From contig NZ_PGGB02000018.1 of assembly GCF_002803295.2 (NCBI RefSeq), positions 18,164 through 29,134 of the forward strand: a stretch of DNA of 10,971 nucleotides. The letters are read 5' to 3'. The translations under genes were made by a program, and so were the position numbers. A model generated the notes under the pieces. The model made no database searches and had not been told where the DNA came from. It saw nothing but the letters and a program-made list of their open reading frames with translations. This document shows, one piece after another, positions 6,755 through 10,971 of this stretch; position 1 is the stretch's first letter; each line of letters starts with the position of its first letter. The stretch comes from Caedibacter taeniospiralis. GTDB taxonomy: Bacteria; Pseudomonadota; Gammaproteobacteria; Francisellales; Francisellaceae.

Positions 6755-7306
6755 TTAACTTTCTAGTTCATCTTTGTTTTTTGTATCCTTAAAAAAAATT
6801 TTTGGTCTCCCTCTTGGTCGCTTTGGTTTATCTTCTATCGAAGATTTTTGTACTATTTTTTTTGGACGACCCCTTGGCTTCTTATCTAAATTATCAACGT
6901 AATCCAAGAGATTATCTGGATTAGGAATATGTGCTTCATCAGAAATCAAGGCTTTAAATTCATTTGCAAATTTAAAAAGCACTACGCGTTTCTCTCTCGG
7001 CTTTATTTTTTCCATAGTACGTGGGTTATGAGCATTTTTTCTAAAACTTACTCGTGTCTCAAAGCGCCCAAGCCCTTCAAGTAAAATAATCCGATTATTA
7101 AGCAACTGCTCACGTAAAAGATTCATTAACTCATAAAAGAAATGATTACAATCTTCTCTACTAAATTTCGTCTTGAGTGATAAATGTTTAATCAACTCAT
7201 TTCGACTCATAGATCGATTATCTTTCTTACATGGTCTTCCCCTACCCCTTTTAAGCACTTCTTGTTTGTCATTTTCTTGATTTAGTTTTTTTTCTGCGTT
7301 TATCAT
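6755..7306 (-). CDS. HU/IHF-fold DNA-binding protein with N- and C-terminal AT-hook extensions
   Basis: The core MSRNELIKHLS...LEGLGRFETRVSFRKNAHNPRTMEKIKPREKRVVLFKFANEFKALI follows the HU/IHF pattern (MNKxELI start, GxGxF, R..RNPxT.E.I.I, V.FK). AT-hook-like RGRGRPCKK sits before the core, and PRGRPKK and PRGRPK after it. The internal Met33 is an alternative start. Confidence 0.7.
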   Translation of the reverse strand: MINAEKKLNQENDKQEVLKRGRGRPCKKDNRSMSRNELIKHLSLKTKFSREDCNHFFYELMNLLREQLLNNRIILLEGLGRFETRVSFRKNAHNPRTMEKIKPREKRVVLFKFANEFKALISDEAHIPNPDNLLDYVDNLDKKPRGRPKKIVQKSSIEDKPKRPRGRPKIFFKDTKNKDELES

Positions 7307-7380
7307 TTTTTTTCATCTAACTACTGAATGATTCATCGAGCCTTATGTTGGTTATCCTCTGTCGAATAGAGCAGTATCAA

Positions 7381-8021
7381 TCACTTCCAACTCGCGATTT
7401 CAGCAATTCTCTTGTCTGAATTCAAACGATTTTTTATGGCTTCTGCTCTTTTCAACGTGTTTTCTATGTAAACATCATCAGAATTTATACACTCGCTGCG
7501 AGCCATGGAGAGCGGAACGCGAGGGCGAGTAGACCCGGGTAGCCTTGCGCTGTTGATCAGCAAGCGACGTGCCGAAGGCGCCAGAGCGAAGTCTGTGAAA
7601 CAGCTTTTACCCAAGGCGTAGAGTAGAATCGGAGGAGTGTTGTCCGTTCGGAATGAGCGTAGCGAATTTGTGAGGACATGCCGAGGAGGCGGACGGCCCG
7701 GGCAAAATTTATACCGCCGAGGATAGCCGATTCGATTTTGTGTATGGATATACAAAATCTATCATGAGGCCCGAGGCACCCTATTGAGTTTATTCTCAAA
7801 GGACACTCTGTTTGATGCACTTCTTGATAACACTCAACCATTTCCAGGGTCAGCGATCCTCTTGAGTGTTTCTCTTTTAAATATTCAATATCTGACCACC
7901 GTGCTTTACGGATGTCATCTCTGTAAAAATTCATGAAACTTCTTTTTGTTTCAAACACCCCGTAACGTTTATTGATTGCTCTAATAAAAAAATCGTCAAA
8001 AGTTATCACCATCTTATTCAC
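7381..8021 (-). pseudogene. small hypothetical gene interrupted by element copy C; the N-terminal part is fused to element-encoded residues in the 154-aa track ORF
   Basis: Native codons run from 8021 (GTG; or more likely the ATG at 8012, preceded by AGGTGA) to 7783. The element occupies 7782-7493. The downstream tail CINSDDVYIENTLKRAEAIKNRLNSDKRIAEIASWK* (7491-7381) is in frame with the upstream part once the 290 bp are removed. Confidence 0.6.
7493..7782 (-). mobile_element. GC-rich non-autonomous repeat element, long form, copy C (290 bp, inverted relative to A)
   Basis: Its reverse complement aligns end to end with 1288-1579. The first ~89 nt are identical. About a dozen substitutions and a 2-nt indel are clustered in the central segment. 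Confidence 0.8.
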
Positions 8022-8097
8022 CTAAAAATATTTTTTATGATTCAAAAACCATCTCGCCATCTTCTCTCACCAACGGAATCGTCATCTTCTTGTCTTT

Positions 8098-8445
8098 TTA
8101 TACCGCTCGAAGGTAATATGAATATTCATAACCGTCTTTGGTTAATTTCTTCTCCCACGAGCTCAAATGCTCTGGCATGAACAGCGTTTCTTTATTTTTA
8201 ACACTTTCTACAGGATACGTATACGGCTTCTTCGTGTAAAAAATTCCCGTGTACCGATAGCCAATAGGTAAACTATCTTTTTTCTTTTCAAAACAGACTA
8301 TCGCTTCGTTAAAATACGAAATCACCTTCTTAAATTTTTCTTCACCTGAATAATCAATCAACACTTTTTCTTTCTGCATAATAAGCTCAATAATACGCTT
8401 TATGTTTTGGATGTCTGTTTTTAGCTTTTGACGTTCACTACTCAT
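8098..8445 (-). CDS. hypothetical protein (115 aa), translationally coupled to the upstream gene
   Basis: The ATG at 8445 overlaps the upstream TAG (8440-8438) as ATGAGTAG. AAGGAG lies 10 nt upstream. No recognisable family. Confidence 0.6.
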   Translation of the reverse strand: MSSERQKLKTDIQNIKRIIELIMQKEKVLIDYSGEEKFKKVISYFNEAIVCFEKKKDSLPIGYRYTGIFYTKKPYTYPVESVKNKETLFMPEHLSSWEKKLTKDGYEYSYYLRAV

Positions 8446-10126
8446 TTTTTCTTATCTCCTTTTCTTTTTCACGTTGTTTTTGTTTTAAAGCTTCAATGGA
8501 TTTTTGAGCTTCGATGTGGCTTGTTGCCTGTTGTTCTTGACAGCTATAACCATCAACCAAAGCCCAATGCCGTTTTTTAAATGTTCCGATAAAGACATGC
8601 TTAGGATTATTAATCGCTTTTTCATCCCACCTTTTACTTATATCTTCCCATTGATAAGTCATTTGATGTTCAAAATGCCTTAAGAAAATTTGCAGTTGAA
8701 GTGGGTTCATTTCTATGTTATTTTCTTCAGCGTTAATTTTGATTTTATTGATGTCCGATGAATAGAAGGGTGCTTTCCCCATGCTTTTCAATAGGTCGTT
8801 GATTTTGGTAAGGTCGATGGTTTCGTAAGTAAGGTCAAGATTAACATCGCTTAGATTGACATGACTTAAAGTCAGAGAGTCTGTTTTGTTTAATTCATCT
8901 CTAGTGGTTTCGTTTGTTTTAGTTGCTTCTGAGTTATTTAAAGTAATTTTTCTTAAATCATGATTTTCTTTAACGAGCAGTTCGTATTGCTCTTTTATAA
9001 ATTCCAATTCTTCTGTTAATTTTTCAACGTCATTAGATTGACTATATTTAGAACTGTCTGTTTTTTCATCTTGTCCCATATTACATAACATACTATGCTC
9101 TTCTATTTTATCTATATTATAAATATGGGAGTCGCTTTCATTTTTTTGTGGTGTGTTTTTTTCAAAGTCACCTTGTGTACTTTGTAGGCTTTTTACGTAC
9201 TCAAAAACGTCTGGTCTGATCTGATATTTTACCCATCCATTTCGACCTGTTTTACGCTCGTAAACTGAAATGTAGTTCTTCTTTTTGAGGCGGTAAATTG
9301 CTTTTTTTACAATGTCTTTATTAGATTTTATCTGCTTAATTATATTGTTAGTGTTGATATGACATGTGATTAGTAAACATAAATTTTCTAAGCTAGAAAT
9401 CATAATTCTTATAACTATAAATTGACACCCGTTCAGTTGGATTTTATTTCCTGTTTCTTGAGACATGTCCTCCGTTTTGTCCCCTATTTCTTGAGACATG
9501 TCCTCCGTTTTGTCCCCTGTTTCTTGAGACATGTCCCCCGTTTTGTCCCCTATTTCTTGAGACATGTCCTCCGTTTTGTCCCCTGTTTCTTGAGACATGT
9601 CCTCCGTTTTGTCCCCTGTTTCTTGAGACATGTCCCCCGTTTTGTCCCCTGTTTCTTGAGACATGTCCTCCGTTTTGTCCCCTGTTTCTTGAGACATGTC
9701 CCCTGTTTTGTCCCCTGTTTCTTGAGACATGTCCCCTGTTTTGTCCCCTGTTTCTTGAGACATGTCCCCCGTTTTGTCCCCTGTTTCTTGAGACATGTCC
9801 CCTGTTTTGTCCCCTGTTTCTTGAGACATGTCCCCTGTTTCTTGAGACATGTCCCCCGTTTTGTCCCCTGTTTCTTGAGACATGTCCCCCGTTTTGTCCC
9901 CTATTTCTTGAGACATGTCCTCCGTTTTGTCCCCTGTTTCTTGAGACATGTCCCCCGTTTTGTCCCCTGTTTCTTGAGACATGTCCCCCGTTTTGTCCCC
10001 TGTTTCTTGAGACATGTCCTCCGTTTTACCGTGGTTATTTATAAATGGGTTATCCCATGGTCGATATTTTTTAGGAATATATTCTTTTTTAGACACTAAA
10101 ATAGTGATGTTTTCAATTTTAGGCAT
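8438..10126 (-). CDS. repeat-containing winged-helix protein in the ParB position (562 aa); candidate centromere-binding or Rep-like protein
   Basis: The ATG at 10126 lies 1 nt after the parA stop codon (TAAAATG). Residues 37-230 are 18 tandem DMSQETGDKTG/E units. An HTH-like segment follows (IKQIKSNKDIVKKAIYRLKKKNYISVYERKTGRNGWVKYQI). No ParB/Spo0J motifs were recognised. Confidence 0.7.
   Translation of the reverse strand: MPKIENITILVSKKEYIPKKYRPWDNPFINNHGKTEDMSQETGDKTGDMSQETGDKTGDMSQETGDKTEDMSQEIGDKTGDMSQETGDKTGDMSQETGDMSQETGDKTGDMSQETGDKTGDMSQETGDKTGDMSQETGDKTGDMSQETGDKTEDMSQETGDKTGDMSQETGDKTEDMSQETGDKTEDMSQEIGDKTGDMSQETGDKTEDMSQEIGDKTEDMSQETGNKIQLNGCQFIVIRIMISSLENLCLLITCHINTNNIIKQIKSNKDIVKKAIYRLKKKNYISVYERKTGRNGWVKYQIRPDVFEYVKSLQSTQGDFEKNTPQKNESDSHIYNIDKIEEHSMLCNMGQDEKTDSSKYSQSNDVEKLTEELEFIKEQYELLVKENHDLRKITLNNSEATKTNETTRDELNKTDSLTLSHVNLSDVNLDLTYETIDLTKINDLLKSMGKAPFYSSDINKIKINAEENNIEMNPLQLQIFLRHFEHQMTYQWEDISKRWDEKAINNPKHVFIGTFKKRHWALVDGYSCQEQQATSHIEAQKSIEALKQKQREKEKEIRKNE
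9437..10027 (-). repeat. 33-bp tandem repeat inside the CDS (16 full units, one 21-bp unit, one degenerate terminal unit)
   Basis: GAGACATG recurs at 9460, 9493, 9526 and onward with a 33-nt period, with a single 21-nt step (9823 to 9844). The plus-strand unit is CCCCTGTTTCTTGAGACATGTCC[C/T]CCGTTTTGT. Confidence 0.95.
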
Positions 10127-10127
10127 T

Positions 10128-10971
10128 TTAAATTCCCAATATTTCGGATGTTAATAAACTAAAATCTTCTTTTTCTGGAGTTTTTTTAAAACTATCAAAG
10201 ACTGATATAGACGCTGCTATACAGTTCTCTATAGATTGAAGCGACCTTATATAGCTTCTTAATAAAATTGAGTTGCACTGTTTATTTTTTAATACATATT
10301 TCATTACTTCATGCGATAGATTTGTTCTTGAATCAAATTTATTAAACAATATCTTCAAAACTATATCTTTATCATATTTTTCACATAAATTTAAAATTTC
10401 ATGATGAGTTAATTCAAGACCAGCTAAAGCATAATCAGTTGGAGTGATAGGCATTATTATTTCATCTGATGCAAGTGTAGCAGCAGATACTGCTGACCCT
10501 ATAGATGGTGGACAGTCAATAACAATAATATCATATTTGTTTTTTAATTCTGAAAAAGGTTTATTAAAAACCTTATCTAATGGATGCTTACCAAGCATTA
10601 AAGAGTTATCAAGTAAGGCATTATCTACCCTGCTTGGTATAAAATCTAAACCATCAAATATATTTATAAGTAAATCACTTATCTCTAATTTGTCATTTAT
10701 ATAATCAATAAGAACAGGTTTTTTTCTGGCATCAACCCCCAATGTTCTTGTAAGATTTGCTTGTTGGTCTAATTCAATAAGAGCCACTTTAGCACCTAAG
10801 ATGGCAGCTCTAATCGCAAAATTTAATGATATAACTGTTTTACCAACCCCTCCTTTAACTAATTGGAATGAATATATCTTATTGGGGAATTTATAATTAA
10901 AAAGTTTTTTTGCAGTGTTATGAGAAAAATATACTCTTCTACCAAAATTTTTAGTTTGAAGCCCGCTGTTC
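10128..10971 (-). CDS. parA: ParA/Soj-family partition ATPase, 5' end beyond the window edge
   Basis: The track ORF starts at a GTG (10787), but the frame stays open to 10971 by hand translation: ...NSGLQTKNFGRRVYFSHNTAKKLFNYKFPNKIYSFQLVKGGVGKTVISLNFAIRAAILGAKVALIELD. Deviant Walker A KGGVGKT is encoded at about 10842-10862. Walker B-like IIVIDCPP is present. Confidence 0.9.
   Translation of the reverse strand, partial: NSGLQTKNFGRRVYFSHNTAKKLFNYKFPNKIYSFQLVKGGVGKTVISLNFAIRAAILGAKVALIELDQQANLTRTLGVDARKKPVLIDYINDKLEISDLLINIFDGLDFIPSRVDNALLDNSLMLGKHPLDKVFNKPFSELKNKYDIIVIDCPPSIGSAVSAATLASDEIIMPITPTDYALAGLELTHHEILNLCEKYDKDIVLKILFNKFDSRTNLSHEVMKYVLKNKQCNSILLRSYIRSLQSIENCIAASISVFDSFKKTPEKEDFSLLTSEILGI

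Noticed and set aside
7480-7795. Possible 9-bp target-site duplication around copy C (ATAAACTCA versus ATAAATTCT)
   Set aside because: Only 7 of 9 positions match, and no comparable duplication flanks copies A or B. In-frame restoration works without assuming any duplication.
5739-10027. The DKTG peptide as a P-type ATPase phosphorylation motif (DKTGT)
   Set aside because: The motif occurs only inside low-complexity tandem repeats with no surrounding ATPase fold, so the resemblance is coincidental.
9422-10099. 225-aa plus-strand ORF (FLRHVPRFVPC repeats) antisense to the 562-aa gene
   Set aside because: The frame is open only because the 33-bp repeat lacks stops in several frames. It has no ribosome-binding site or non-repeat domain. 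The minus-strand ORF has translational coupling to parA and non-repeat domains.
10444-10704. 86-aa plus-strand ORF
   Set aside because: It is antisense within the well-supported parA coding region and has a low-complexity composition.

Overview
AT-rich, plasmid-like maintenance region, probably from a Gram-negative bacterium. This rests on AAGGAG-type ribosome-binding sites, a lipobox lipoprotein, ParA, an Rpn nuclease and an HU-fold protein; the taxon cannot be fixed from sequence alone. Every supported gene from 10971 down to 2158 is on the minus strand. In order they are: parA (5' end off-window); a translationally coupled 562-aa repeat/winged-helix protein in the ParB position; a 115-aa ORF; a small ORF split by a repeat element; an HU/IHF-fold protein with AT-hooks; a 58-aa lipoprotein missing from the ORF track; a 478-aa HTH replication-initiator-like protein; a ~1 kb non-coding two-tier tandem array; an Rpn (YhgA-like) nuclease; and two small ORFs. 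The plus strand carries a secreted coiled-coil protein and one hypothetical ORF. A further minus-strand ORF runs off the left edge. Three things stand out. (1) There are three tandem-repeat systems: a 976-bp intergenic array, a 21-bp array inside the rep-like gene and a 33-bp array inside the ParA-partner gene. The two in-ORF arrays share an identical 13-nt DNA core in the same orientation and reading frame. (2) The partition operon has no recognisable ParB. (3) A GC-rich ~290-bp non-autonomous element is present in three copies, one of them a 113-bp short form. Two copies sit inside coding regions, and removing them with identical boundaries restores longer reading frames. No rRNA, tRNA, CRISPR or transposase gene is supported. 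All functional calls come from motif recognition by eye; no database search was possible.
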